From Styela clava (lineage: Eukaryota), in the NCBI RefSeq assembly GCF_964204865.1, contig NC_135254.1:19344001-19408000 (forward strand): DNA of 64,000 nt, given 5' to 3'. Below are positions 12,761-25,201 of the stretch, one piece after another. A model generated the notes under the pieces. That model was given only the letters and a program-made list of their open reading frames with translations. It did no database searches and was not told where the DNA came from. A program made the translations under genes and the position numbers. Within the stretch, counting starts at the first letter, position 1. Each line of letters opens with the position of its first letter.

Positions 12761-13914
12761 TTTTTATTACTGTGAACTAAAAATAAAAAAAAAACAAGGA
12801 CAGTTGAGAGCATAAAGAACGGCATTTATCTAATATACACCACGCATATCCCAGAGCGTTTGACACTTTAGGGCAATATTGATGTAGGAGTAATTTGCGA
12901 TCGAACTGTCGATGAAATATTAGTTATACATCGGCCAATTCACTGGGTAAACAATTGAAGGACAAAAGGTTGTGTTAGTAATAATATTGGTAAACCAAAA
13001 CGACAAAGCTGTTTTGACACTTTGATAAACCTTGACAAACCTATTTTTATTTTCCATCTTATGTCGTCACTGAATCCGAAGTACAAGATTGTTCATTGAT
13101 TGGTGCTACGTTTTTTTTTTTTTTCTAAAGGTTCCGAAGGGACTTGTATTATTGACATAAATATTGCAATATAATTTGCTGATAGAAAGATATTTGTTCA
13201 TCTCTGATTGCGGAAAGCATATGGGAAGGCATTTTGGCAGTCAACAGTTAGAGTATACTGTATACATAATATATCGGGCGGCTGTACGCATCAAAATATA
13301 AATGGGACTACCGTACTACCGATTCAGTGGCGACATGGAACCCAGTAAAATAGGTTTGTCAAGCAGTCTAAATAACTTTGTCCTTCTGGTTTGACTTTAT
13401 TATTACTAACACTATCTTTTGTTCTCCAAGTGTTTCCCCAGTTGAAATGAACTCTGAATCGAAAAATCATAAACCTTAGACACAAAGATTCTCTGGCAAA
13501 TTTATCTTTACCTCTCAACTTAAGCAATTCTAATCGCGTTTATGCATGCTACACTCCTGCAGCTATGGTTGTAGAGCATACCTGAATCACTGTTTTCTAC
13601 CTAGTAATCGTGTAGGCCTATTGTACAAATATTAATGTACAAATTAAATCCGACATTTTAGGCATGTTTGCAAACATAGACAAAAAATAAATAAACCTGC
13701 TTTTCAATATGTATCGGATAATGAGATACAAGGAAATTGCTATACTCGTATTGAGTACATTGGATTAATTTTGAATAAGTATTTATAACTGGATATGTTT
13801 CACCATGCTTTAAAAGTCTTCATGCATCTGATTAGATGGCAAAACAAGAATGCAAATCATTGTGTTGCATTAGGCTACAGGCTATACGCCCTATGAGCAA
13901 GGAGAAGTTTTTTG

Positions 13915-14480
13915 GGGGAAATAAGCGATTTCGCTTGTTGTTTACGACAAGTTTATGCAAAACTAATTTTATTCTTTTTCTAGATCGGGACTCTAGTATA
14001 AGAAATGCTAAAAATAATAAAATTGAAAAAAATTCAATTTTAGAAGAACATATAATAATCAAACAAAAATCTTTTTTGGGGTACAATATGAGTATTTTGG
14101 TCGTTGTTTACGCCATTTCAAGAAAATTTTTCAATTATTTATGTACAGCGGGACGCTAGTTTTTTATGTTAAAAATATGAATTTAAACAAATATCAAGTT
14201 GGGGAACATGTAATAATTAAACAAACAAACAATTTTGTGTGTGAAATATGCAATTTTCGGTCGTTGTTTACGGTCAGTTTGAAACATACTTTCTCGATTA
14301 TTTTCACAGAACAGGAATTTAGTGTTGTTGTTTATTGGTTGTTTAATGTTGCAAAAAACATCAAAATTAAATTAAATTCCAATCTGGGGAACATAATATA
14401 CTGAATAAACAAAAACTATTCTTGAGTGAAATATGCTATTTTACGTCGTTGCTTCCGGCAAGTTTGAAACATACTTTCTC
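13915..14480. repeat. Degenerate tandem repeat, about 4 units of 160-190 bp
   Basis: The core AATATG..ATTTT.GGTCGTTGTTTACG..AGTTTGAAACATACTTTCTC recurs at about 13920, 14085, 14243 and 14428. Confidence 0.6.
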
Positions 14481-15517
14481 TAAATATGCCGCATTGATGC
14501 ATTTCAAATATAAAACAAGTCTTGTTTGATTTTCTAAAAACCTTTAGTTCAGCGCAAGTTACACATGTTAAAATGTAACTCATATTTATTCACGCTGTTT
14601 TATCAAATCTGCTACCACTTTACTTGATTTATGACTCGAATTTCTTTCATCCTTTTCTTACACCCTTCTGTTATTCTGGTTAATCGGAGATTTCTGTCTA
14701 AATTTCTTTCTATGACCCATTCTATATTTTATTACCATTTTCTGCATAAAATATCACTATCATTTTTTTTTTCTTCTTTATTAATAAAAACGATAATTTT
14801 TTCACAATTAATGACATTTTTTACAAACTAGAAAATTAGAATCTCTCTTTGCGAAGTTTATATTTGTAAATGGAATATATTCCACATAATAAAACACAGT
14901 TGATACCCTGCTATGGAAAACCCTTATAAAACATCTCTACTTGTTAAATTGAGGTTTAATCCATATCCTACAGTTAGCCATGCAATAACTATTTTCAAAA
15001 ATTGTTGCACAAATTCACAGTGGTAAAATAAATGTAGGCTAATACAGTTTTGACATACATATCATAAAATGTACACTTTGGTGTCTTATTTATTTTACAT
15101 AATAGGCTATTTGTCGGTATTGCTATCAAAGCAAATTTCACACGAAAAGAGCGGAGCCGTGACTCTATTGAACCATAAAAAACATTTTCATATAGTAGCA
15201 GCTAATTTTCAAAGTTCTCGCACAATCCGGTTGACCAGGTTTCTTTTTCGGTGGGTGGCGAAATTTCAACAGCACGAAGCTTATCGTAAATATATCGGGA
15301 GGTTTTACCATTATTTTTAATAATTTTCGACTATACTAAAATGGGAATTGAAATTTTTGATAATTTTGTTTTCCATGTTTGTATACACAATATATAATTT
15401 TTAGATACGATTGCATATCATAATAATCAGAAAAACAGTAATAAGGGCTTTTACAAAGTCTTTATTCTTTAGAGACGACCACTTGGAGATTCTTGACATA
15501 TGCAGAACTCAATTTAT

Positions 15518-16609
15518 TTATGTTTTCGTAACTCGTTTTCTTCCATCCATTACTTTTCTGACGCCTATGGCGATGCTAGTAGAGAAGATGAGAGAAGCGC
15601 CAATCAAACTTAAATATGAAGGGACATCACCAAGAAGTGTAACCTGTAAAAAAATTCGAATTTCAGATTTTTATGCATGTTGAAGTTTTATGGGTGTATG
15701 AAAGTCTTACGAACAGTTCTGTTTGAAATTCAACTTCCTATGTCTTTATCTCCAACATTAAAGGAGCAAGCTACTTGCTAATAGGACTGGTTTGCTCATG
15801 TCGTGATTACATAGTATAATCTCATATCCTACCTGCATAATGTAGACGAAAACAATCTGTATTGATCGAAGGACGACAACGATTCCTGCTCGCTCTCTTT
15901 GCAAGGCAATAGTGATAAGAAACTGTCCCAAATTTGCAATTATTCCAAACGAAAACAGCATGGGTAAATCGTTCCAACACGGGTATTTAAATTCTCCACC
16001 TGCAGTCAAAATTACCAGACACGTGACTGCACCGCTAAAGCTGTAATATATGATGTGAAGAGCCGGGTGAGTTTCTCGTCCGAGTTTTCGAATTGCGATG
16101 GTTGCCACAGCCATGCATAACGCGGACAACAGTGCAAAAATGACTCCAGACAAATTTGTTTCATCCTCGTAGCTCACAGAAAACAAAAATGGTGGTCTTA
16201 CAATGAAGATAACACCCGTGAGAGCAACAAACGCAAAAATAATTTCATAAACAGATAAACTCTCCTTTAACCATATTCTTGACAGAAATGGCACCATAAC
16301 TATGCGAAGGTACGAAATAGTGATTGCGTTTCCTGCGGAAAGCTTATCTACTGCTAAATATAAGAACATCATTCCTGATGAACCTATGAATGCTCTAACC
16401 ACCAGTAAGCTTTTTAGTCCAGTCGGTCCTGTTATATCAATTTCATCATGTTTATACTGGATGAATGGTAAAATTGTCAAAAACTGCACTACGCAGCGAG
16501 TAAGGTTAATTTGGACTGGGTGCAAATCAATCATCTCCACAAATATTAACATGGTAGCATATAACAAAGCTGAGAGGAGAGCACAAGAAATGCCGACGAA
16601 TGAAGTCAT
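15518..16609 (-). CDS. Solute carrier family 35 member G-like (EamA x2) transporter, copy B, 300 aa
   Basis: Exon 1 is 16609-15833 (259 codons, CAG|GTAGG) and exon 2 is 15643-15518 (VTLLGDVPSYLSLIGASLIF...KT*). The product has about 10 hydrophobic segments and EamA/SLC35G-type motifs (TRCVVQF, LKESLS, GVIFIVRPPFLF, IAIRKLG, ALQRERAG). Confidence 0.9.
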
Positions 16610-16730
16610 GTTTTTTTTTCCTGATAAATATCTGTTTGTTTTTTATTCTCTTCCAGGTTTTCAATGAAATTTGACATGAATTGGCATCATGTAAAATCTG
16701 ACAGATCCGTGCTCGTTTTCAGAATATTGG

Positions 16731-16740
16731 TTTTATATAT
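16731..16740 (-). promoter_or_regulatory. Candidate TATA box of SLC35G copy B
   Basis: ATATATAAAA, positionally conserved with copy A. Confidence 0.4.
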
Positions 16741-17812
16741 TTTTTATTCCTTTGAACTAAAACTAAAAAACAAGTTCAGTTGAGAGCATAAAAAACGGCA
16801 TTTATTGAATGTACACCAGCCATATCCAAGAAACAGAAATTCTGAAACTACATCACAAAAGTTTGACACTTTGGGGCAATATTGATGTAGAAGGAATTGG
16901 CGATCGAACTGTCAATGAAATATCAATTATATATACATCGGGCAGTTTTCGGGCAATTGACTGGGGAAATTCTTGAAGGACGAAAGGTTGTGTTAGTAAT
17001 AATAAAGTTTAACCAAAATGATAAAGCTGTTTAGACACTTTGATAAACCTTAAAAACCAATTTTCATTTTCAGAGGTTTCCATCTTATGTCGTCACTGAA
17101 TCGGAAGTACAGGGCCGTTAATTGATTGTCGCGTCGTTTTTTCTTTGAAGGTTCCGAAATGACTTGTGTTATTGACATGAAAATTGCAAGCAAATTTGCT
17201 GATAGAAAGATATTTGTTGATCTTTAAAGACGGAAAGCATATGGGGAGGCCTTTTGGCAGTCAACAAATAGAGTATACTGTATACATATCAGGCCGCTCG
17301 GCGCATCAAAATATATAAAATATTTAGCCAGCATGTGAGTACTATGCCGAGCGTTTTTGATAAGTCCCGAAGTAATGTTATCACGTGTGTACTGCAGTAA
17401 GCCTACAAGTCGAGTTGCTTACCACCAATTGGACTAAGTTGCGGTCACCGTTACAAGTGTTTACGTGCCTTCCGATACATGGATCGCATCATAAAAATAT
17501 TATTCAATGTTTACCAAACCAGTGAATCCTGTCGGAACTGTAAGAACGAACACAAGCGACGTGTCAGACTTGATTCATTTATCTCATATTAAAAAAAAGT
17601 TCTAAAGTACTGAAGCCTTTTTGCTATGGTGAGCATTGATATCTCTTATCAGTATTGATTCATGACATTTGGAAATATATCAAACTTTGCCTGTGTGCAG
17701 TAAAATTACTTTGATAAACTGAACTCTGAATCGTAAAATCATAATCTTTACACAGGAAGATTCTCGCCGACAAATTTATCTTCACTCCCCTCAACTTAAG
17801 CGAAGCCAAGCA

Positions 17813-18072
17813 CTTTATACATGCTACACTCCTGCAGCTATGGTTGTAGAACATACCTGAATAAATGATTTCTACCAAGTAATGGTGTCGGCCTATTGTA
17901 AAAATATACCAGTACAAATAAAGTCCGACCTCTCCACTTAAGCAAAGCCACGCGCGTTTATACATGCTACACTCCTGCATCTATGGTTATGAAACATACT
18001 TGAATAAATGATTTCTACCTAGTAATGGTGTCTGCCTATTGTATAAATATACCTGTACAAATAGAATCCGAC
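17813..18072. repeat. Local direct duplication (~120 bp x2) upstream of SLC35G copy B
   Basis: TTTATACATGCTACACTCCTGCA...GCCTATTGTA..AATATAC..GTACAAATA occurs at about 17813 and 17957. Unit A has a single copy (~13540-13655). Confidence 0.85.
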
Positions 18073-18486
18073 AATTTAGGCATGTTTGCAAACATAGTCA
18101 GAAAATAAATAAATCACCCATGAAATAGACGTAACATTAGGTATATAATGAGATAAGCCTACAATGAAATCGCTGTACTTGCTTTGAGCATTATGATATT
18201 TGGGAATATGATTAAGGGTAGGAAATATAACTATTTTGGCACTGCTGGACTAATTTTGAATAAGTATTCATAACTGGATATGTTTCGCCATACTTTAAAA
18301 ATCTTAATGCATCTGATTAGACGGCGAAATAAAACTGCATATCAAATATAATTGCATTACGCTATATACGACCTGTGTGGAAGTGTAGGGTGACCGATTT
18401 AGAAAAATGTATTTCTTGTTGCTGTTTGATTGCTGGCGATACAGTGGTTGGTGTTTCTGATGATATGCTGTCTAGTTCTTGATCTT

Positions 18487-18790
18487 ACAACGAGATAGCG
18501 ATCAGAGACCGCCGAATTATCGATCTGGTGGCGTGTATCCTTCGCCGTGGCTCAATAGCGACACCGCGTGTCCCATCACTAATTAATTAATAACCCGCCA
18601 ATTATACGACATAATTCATTCAAAATCAATAGGCTGGTCCGAGATATGATGAATGCACATGCAAAATTTGGAGCAGATTCAACCTCGCTTTCGTGAGATA
18701 TCGCGTAACATACGAAAGTGTCTAACAAACAAACAAACAAACAGACAAATACCTATCAACATACTTACCGATCAAGATCGATATGTAATA
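18487..18790 (+). mobile_element. Probable Helentron-associated short element (HINE/DINE-like)
   Basis: It starts ACAACGAGATAGC, contains an (AAAC)n microsatellite (~18724-18749), and ends in a short stem-loop (CGATC-AA-GATCG) followed by TAATA. Confidence 0.5.
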
Positions 18791-19250
18791 ACACTGCACA
18801 CACAGAATAATTAGATATAACGATCGACGAAGTGGATCATAGCACACAGGAACTTACGTTTATGTAAAAGATAGAAACGACCACTGCCATTTTCAGAAGC
18901 AATACTTATTCATTCACTGTTAAAAATGTTGCCCATATAACTAATATTCCCTACACGTACACCGGTTTCCGAATACACGTGTATTGGTATCCTAAATATT
19001 CACGAATACAAATGACCGGTCAAATATAAAATTCCTTTCATTATAATTCTTGAAATCATTGACGCTATTTTCAAATATATTACATGTATTACATATATTA
19101 TATACATTTGATTAGTTTTATGGAGATTTTTTTTCTAATTCCACTTTTTTGAGACGTTTTTCAACATTCATTGGTGACTGATTCATCCTATTATATTTGG
19201 CATCGATATTTGGATATTGTCGAATGAGCTTTGACCGAGAAGTATATATG

Positions 19251-19805
19251 TTTAACTCAGTTAAGGTGTAATTTATGAAAGAAATAATTTTTTCTCATCC
19301 AATTCATCACAACAGTATTTTTGTTAGACATATTTATAAAACCCATATATCAAAATTTTAAAAAATTTCCACAGTGCGGAAAGTAAGGAATTTCTCCCTA
19401 ATTTATAGAAAAAATTATTGAAATCATCAATTTAACTGAGTTAAACCGTAATTTATGCTAATCCAATTCATCAACACAGTATCTTTGGTGAACATATATA
19501 AAACACATATTTATATTTGAAAAAATTCCACTGTACGGAAAGTAGGAAATTTTCTCTCAATTTATCGAAAAAAATCGACGGAAACGTCAATTTAACTGAG
19601 ATAAAGCGTAATTTATGTAGGAAATAATATTTTTTCTCATCTCATTCACCAACACAGTATCTTTGCTGGACATCTATAAAACACATATTAAAATTTTAAA
19701 CAATTCCGCCATGCGGAAATAGAGGATCCTCTCCCAATTTATCGAAAAAATCGACGAAAACGTCAATTAAACTGAGATAAAGCGTAATTTATGCAAGGAA
19801 TAATT
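19251..19805 (+). repeat. Tandem repeat, about 3.2 units of 160-180 bp
   Basis: Units start TTTAACT[C/G]AG at about 19251, 19431, 19590 and 19766, and share GTAATTTATG, AACA[C]AGTAT.TTT and CGGAAA.TA cores. Confidence 0.85.
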
Positions 19806-21800
19806 TTCATCAGATGATAATATAAAACTAATCGATGTAAAAAAGAAAAAATTTATAGTCGACTTGGGATTTTGCTAACGGTGATATCTTGAAAATAATC
19901 TTGAGCGACTAAAATTTAAACAGTTACCAAGATCGCAAAAATGTGAGTTAATTTCTATCATAATCGGGCAGTATACCATCTATTTTAATGTACGCAGATT
20001 GCAGTATTTTAGAGAAATAATATATTTATTTTATTGTAAGTAGGCGCAATGGCGAGTTACGTTGAAAATACTTAAATTAATATGGATGATTTTGAGTGAC
20101 AGAAAATTCATCATTGCTGAAAAAATCGGCAATTTTAATCAATGGCATAATCGCGAGCAAAGACTGTTTTGATCTGAATTTCCGTTTCCAATTTCAAACA
20201 CAATAAAATTTACTGGAAATAAAAAAATAATAAAACTAAAAAGTTTGGGAACCAATGCGTTAGCTTAGACCAGGGGTCAACCCTAAATACAAGAGGGCCA
20301 GAAAGAAACAATTGGGTAAAACCGCGGGCCGCACCTTTATTTAACATAGGCTTTCTTGTAGTGCGGGCTCAATAATTTTGGCACGCTTAGCAAAAATGCT
20401 TAGCACGAAAATTCATATCAGATTGGATAATACCACAGGGTGTTTTCATTGGACCATATCAGTTCTTGAATATTTGGCAAACAAATAAAGCATTTATAAT
20501 CCAGTAAATGCTTTCTTAAATACTCTCTAACATTCTTCCTGAGTTTTAGCATGTATTTAATCCTGATATTGATCGGCCTAAAACTCAAAATAATCTTGCA
20601 ATGATCTCTTCAAATTCGGATGTCCTCGTCAATATCCATGGCTTTGCAAAAGCTTCAACTGTTGCTTACCCAGTGAAATTTTTGTTTGTTTTCATCTGTC
20701 GCGTTGATCTCGCAGCTACGACGACATGTTTCCATAAAACCAGCGTCTGCTGGTCCAGGACCTTTTAGAAGCAGAGATGAAACCTTTCATCTCGTTATCA
20801 GACGAACTCAATTTTGAGTTGATAATGACTTTGACATTCTGAAGTCTTAATTAATCATAAACTGACCCTTTTGACGGTTTTTACAAAATATGAGAAGTGG
20901 ATTGTATATACATGTCGTGTATAAACAATATCGGTGCAATTACCACTGATAATGCGTTGGTTTTTAATAGCATTATTTGAATATTTTGTAATTGCCATTG
21001 GTTTTCAAAGACAGAAAAAAATTCACCGCTATCACAAAAGATACAAGACCCAATCTGATAAAAATTAAAGCATTACTTGAAATGCATATTTAATGATTTG
21101 TAGATTCAGAAAAGCTTTGATTGATGTTGATGAGACGTAGATAACCTTAAAATGAAATATGAATGAAATACTTGGGGTATTTACCTGATAGACACAAATA
21201 GAAAGTCAAATTAAATCATAAAGCAACAAAAGTAAGATCACTGTACTAATGAGTTTCAAATGGAGTTTGTTAACTGTCAGTTTGACACACAATACCAATC
21301 GAGTCTTTCACGGTAGTTCATTTCATTTTACAATACAAATATTTTGTAAATAAGCTAAGGTTGAGTCGGTGTCTATTTCCTGAGTCAAAAAATTGTTATC
21401 TTTCTAACCGAAATTAAATTGCCAATTTCTGAACTCAATTACAGATTTTATTAAATGAAAGATAACGAAAAAGTAAATGCCGATTCAATCATCAATACCA
21501 CCAAGCCACAATAGATATTCAGTATATATACAAATATATGATATTTTGAATATTTCCTCTCATTTTTAGGTGTAGTTTAGGCCACTTATTAGAAACTCCG
21601 TGCGAATGAAAAACTGTCTACTATTTCGTTTCCATGTATTAATTTGGCATATAGTAAAAGCTATGAAACGGATCTTTACTTCTTCCTACACAGGTTATAG
21701 TGGCGAGGATAAAGTTCAAGTAAAGAAATGAGAGCACTCCTTTCGGCTATAGGATAACTTGAATAATGTTACAACATCATCCGCAAAATATTTTAAATTA

Positions 21801-22814
21801 CTATGTATTAGTAATTGATACACTTTCTTTAGTTTTCCAACAGGATGGAACATAATATTTTTTGAAATTCTCAGTTAAAAGGGCGTGAAGAAACGGATTT
21901 AATACAGTGTGAAAAACGATTGAAGGCTCCATGAATGCCATGAATCTCAACGATCGTTTGGCTGATTCCGGAATGGGTATTTCACTTAACTGATCAGTAG
22001 CGAGAAAGCTGAAAAGTGTCAAAGTAATCGCCAGATTAAAAGATGCGTACATGAGAAATAATACATATGTAAATGAAATATACTTGATAGAACTATACAT
22101 TTTCTTTCGGAAAGAATCACTTCTACTGTGCTGCTCGTGCTTCATTATTAGGTTATACAATATCATGGGATATAATATAACAATAGCGAGAACAGGGGGT
22201 ACATTTGAAAGTACATCCAAAATGATTAAATAATAAATATAAATATCCTCCATTATTAAATGTTCAGGATTTATAACAAAGTTTTTTATCTTTGGAAAAA
22301 ATATGACTGGAATTGACACACTTGTCGCAAGCAACCAAATACACACCACAATTGTGGTGACTTTTTTCTTTGTGGCAAATATACGAAATTTAATAGGATA
22401 TGCAACGCCCAAATAATTAAAAACTGCAATGGCTGTCACTGTCCAATTGCTCAAAACAACTTCACATGATGCAAATAATGAATCTGAGGACACAAGTACG
22501 GCAGTTACATCATCATCTTGTTCCATAGCTAAGTTGGCACATCGAATAGCAATCAATATACAAACACATGCTATGTCAGTAATAACTAAACAGAGCAGTA
22601 AATTGTTAGAAGGAATCTTAAGAAGTATTTTCCGGTGTTTGATAATGACATAAATTACGATGAAGTTGGCAAATAATCCAGTAATGGATAATATCCAAAA
22701 CAACACTCTCGATGCAAGCGCAAGTGAAGGCTCTTCGTGGAGTAAATCCAGAGATGAATTGATAAATAATGAGGTCCTGTAGGACAACACAGAATCGTTT
22801 TCCATTCTCGTCAT
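21801..22814 (-). CDS. Intronless class A (rhodopsin-like) orphan GPCR, 337 aa
   Basis: Seven hydrophobic segments with N-terminal glycosylation sites. TM1 has ANFIVIYVI, TM2 LLLCLVITD, the TM3 end AIAVFNYLGVAYP, TM4 IW..A...SIP, TM5 P..AIVILY, TM7 LNPFLH, and helix 8 ENFKK. Confidence 0.9.
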   Translation of the reverse strand: MTRMENDSVLSYRTSLFINSSLDLLHEEPSLALASRVLFWILSITGLFANFIVIYVIIKHRKILLKIPSNNLLLCLVITDIACVCILIAIRCANLAMEQDDDVTAVLVSSDSLFASCEVVLSNWTVTAIAVFNYLGVAYPIKFRIFATKKKVTTIVVCIWLLATSVSIPVIFFPKIKNFVINPEHLIMEDIYIYYLIILDVLSNVPPVLAIVILYPMILYNLIMKHEQHSRSDSFRKKMYSSIKYISFTYVLFLMYASFNLAITLTLFSFLATDQLSEIPIPESAKRSLRFMAFMEPSIVFHTVLNPFLHALLTENFKKYYVPSCWKTKESVSITNT

Positions 22815-23544
22815 TTCTTGGAATTGAAGCCTTAAGCATGAATAGATTTTTGTATTACTTCATAACCATATAAACAAACCTATATTGCTCCAAAAATATT
22901 GTGCGCCTGTGAACAGTATGATTATATATATACTTTAAATTCTAACCGAAAAAAATTGTCATACATAATTTACTGCTGTTCCCTCATAAATAATCCCTAT
23001 CATTGTATTCCATCAAATTATTCTCTGTGAACACCCTTAATGGACATCGCTGCCCGTTCGAGAGGCTCGGGTGATTTTCTAAAGTAAAAAGCTCTTTCTT
23101 CAATCACAAAACAATACAAGAAAAATGAACGTATGTCACGCTTTTGATAAACGTTATTGTAAGTTCTGCACCGATTGTGTAAAGTCTCCTGCAGCATATT
23201 TTCCGAACACATAAAACACCCCTCTAGCAAGTGACTTTTCTGCCACACGATTCAATTTTGGCTTGACATACAATGTTTACCAGGAGTAATAGATCTGAAA
23301 GTATTTTGGCATGATTTTCTGAACTTGGCATCATAAACAGTCTTATAGATATAGTACTACATCTTAAATATATATGTGGCATACCATTCGTTGGAGGATA
23401 AATTGGCAATCAGAGTACACCTGTCCAAATCAATACGTTAACATTTCAAACCACCAACAAAATTATTTGAACAGCACCAAAGACCAGTAACCCTGAATAG
23501 AACCATAGCCTTCGTTGTCAGATTTACTGATCTAATGCACGGGT

Positions 23545-24300
23545 CTATATCTAACGACAACTCCATCAGGGACACGATCTCGCGGTTGCCAATTCCAAAC
23601 TTGGCATCGATGCGCATTATAATGCCCTTATCTTGTTCATGATAATTCTTTCCTATTTGAGTTCCCTTTTAGAACTTTTGTTAACAGCCGCTTAAAATCA
23701 GGCCATCTAGGTCTATATCTAAGAACATCTCCATCAGGGCCACGATCTCGCGGTTGCCAATTCGAAACTTGGCATCGATACGCATTACAATTAGGGCTGG
23801 GCATTTTCGAATACCTTGTGATTTCAGAATCGAATCGAATAATTTTTTCGAATCGAATCGAATCTCGAATACTTGAAAATATAAAATTGTAAGCGACTTT
23901 ATCATAGTAATTGGTCCTCTCAACAAATGAATTACTGAAGACATAGAATAAATCACTCAGATAGATTACTGAGCGTTCACACAGAATAACAAACACGTTT
24001 TATCAATAACTCACTACAGAAAATAGTCATATGTTAGAAATTCGTTGAAAAAATATCACTCCAATGAAAAAAAAATTGGGGAATTCACCTCGACCATTAG
24101 CGGAAAGATAAAAACAAGATGGCGGCGATTCGAAATTCCAGTCTGAACCGATTCGAATAATTTACTATTCGATTCGATTCGAATATTCGATTCGAAATGC
24201 CCAGCCCTAATTACAATGCTCTTATCTTGTTCATGATAATTCTTTCCTATGTCGCTAACTTTTAGAGCTTTTGTTAACAGCCGCATAAAATCAGGCCATC
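23545..24300. repeat. Two-unit ~170-bp tandem repeat, second unit split by a MITE
   Basis: Unit 1 is about 23545-23710. Unit 2 is about 23711-23791 plus 24218-24300 (CTCCATCAGGG.CACGATCTCGCGGTTGCCAATTC...CTTATCTTGTTCATGATAATTCTTTCCTAT...TCAGGCCATCT). Confidence 0.85.
23792..24209. mobile_element. hAT-type MITE with perfect 8-bp TSD
   Basis: TIR TAGGGCTGGGCATTT / AAATGCCCAGCCCTA, (GAATC)n subterminal repeats, and TSD ATTACAAT at 23784-23791 and 24210-24217. Confidence 0.92.
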
Positions 24301-24811
24301 TGTAGCACATAATTTTAAACACTTTTAATTAACTGATACAGTAATACCCCCAGGCCCAAATTTGACACTAAATAATTTCTTTCCAAAATAATTCTGAGTA
24401 ACGCCTGGTATTTAACATCCTACGCATGTCGCCGCAAGCATTGGATAAATTAATTCATAACTGGTTAAATAGGATTGGAATGATTACTACAAGCAAGAAT
24501 GCATGCTAAGACGCTATTTACTTGATGCCAAAACTAAACAAAAAAATTATAATTTTCTGGTGTTCAAATAGAATTTACCTAAAACAACATAACTCACCGA
24601 AAAGGACACTTTTAAAAGATATTAATTGGTCGGTATCTCGTGGGAATTAGCTCTAATCAAATTAGATTTCCATGATAATGCATTGGCTCATATATATATA
24701 TATATTACTTATAAATATACCCATGGTCGTATGAATACGTTAGCAAATGAATTTCTTAAATGCATAGCGTAGTACGATCGGGAACGTGAATGAATTTAAC
24801 ATTGACCGTCG

Positions 24812-25201
24812 TAGGGCTGGGCATTTCGAATCGAATAGTACATTATTCGAATCGGCTCGGAGCAAAATTTCGAATCGCCACCATCTTGTTTTGTTTCTTT
24901 CCGCCAATGGTCGAGGTGAATTCCCAAATATTTTCATATTGAAGCCATATTTTTTCAACGCAATTGTGACATATGACTATTTTCTGTAGTGAGTTATTGA
25001 TAAAACGTGTTTCTTATTATGTGTCAACGCTCAGTAAATTGTCTGAGTGATGTATTCTATGTTTTCAGTAATCCATTGGTTGGCAGGACTAATTACAAGG
25101 ACTATTACTAATAAAAAGTCGATTACAATTATATATTTTCTAAGTATTCGAGATTCGATTCGATTCTGAAATCACCAGGTTTTCGAAAATGCCCAGCCCC
25201 A
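24812..25201. mobile_element. Second copy of the TAGGGCTGGGC MITE, opposite orientation
   Basis: Same TIRs; the internal sequence is the reverse complement of 23792-24209. Confidence 0.9.

Larger units (their letters stand above)
11148..18378. repeat. Tandem segmental duplication: unit A ~11148-13895, unit B ~15461-18378
   Basis: Colinear high similarity across the 3' UTR, both SLC35G exons, intron ends and about 1.2 kb of upstream sequence. The units are separated by about 1.5 kb of unrelated DNA. Confidence 0.9.

Noticed and set aside
11122-16667. Paired + strand ORFs (11122/15411 and 12321/16302) that look conserved
   Set aside because: They are antisense shadows of the duplicated SLC35G exons. 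Their similarity follows from the duplication, and their ends differ.
19251-19805. Tandem repeats as a CRISPR-like array
   Set aside because: Whole units are homologous with no unique spacers, and the context is eukaryotic.
20271-20900. hAT-like left end (CAGGGGTCAA...GCGGGCCGC) with possible transposase remnants
   Set aside because: No matching right terminus, TSD or clear protein motif was found.
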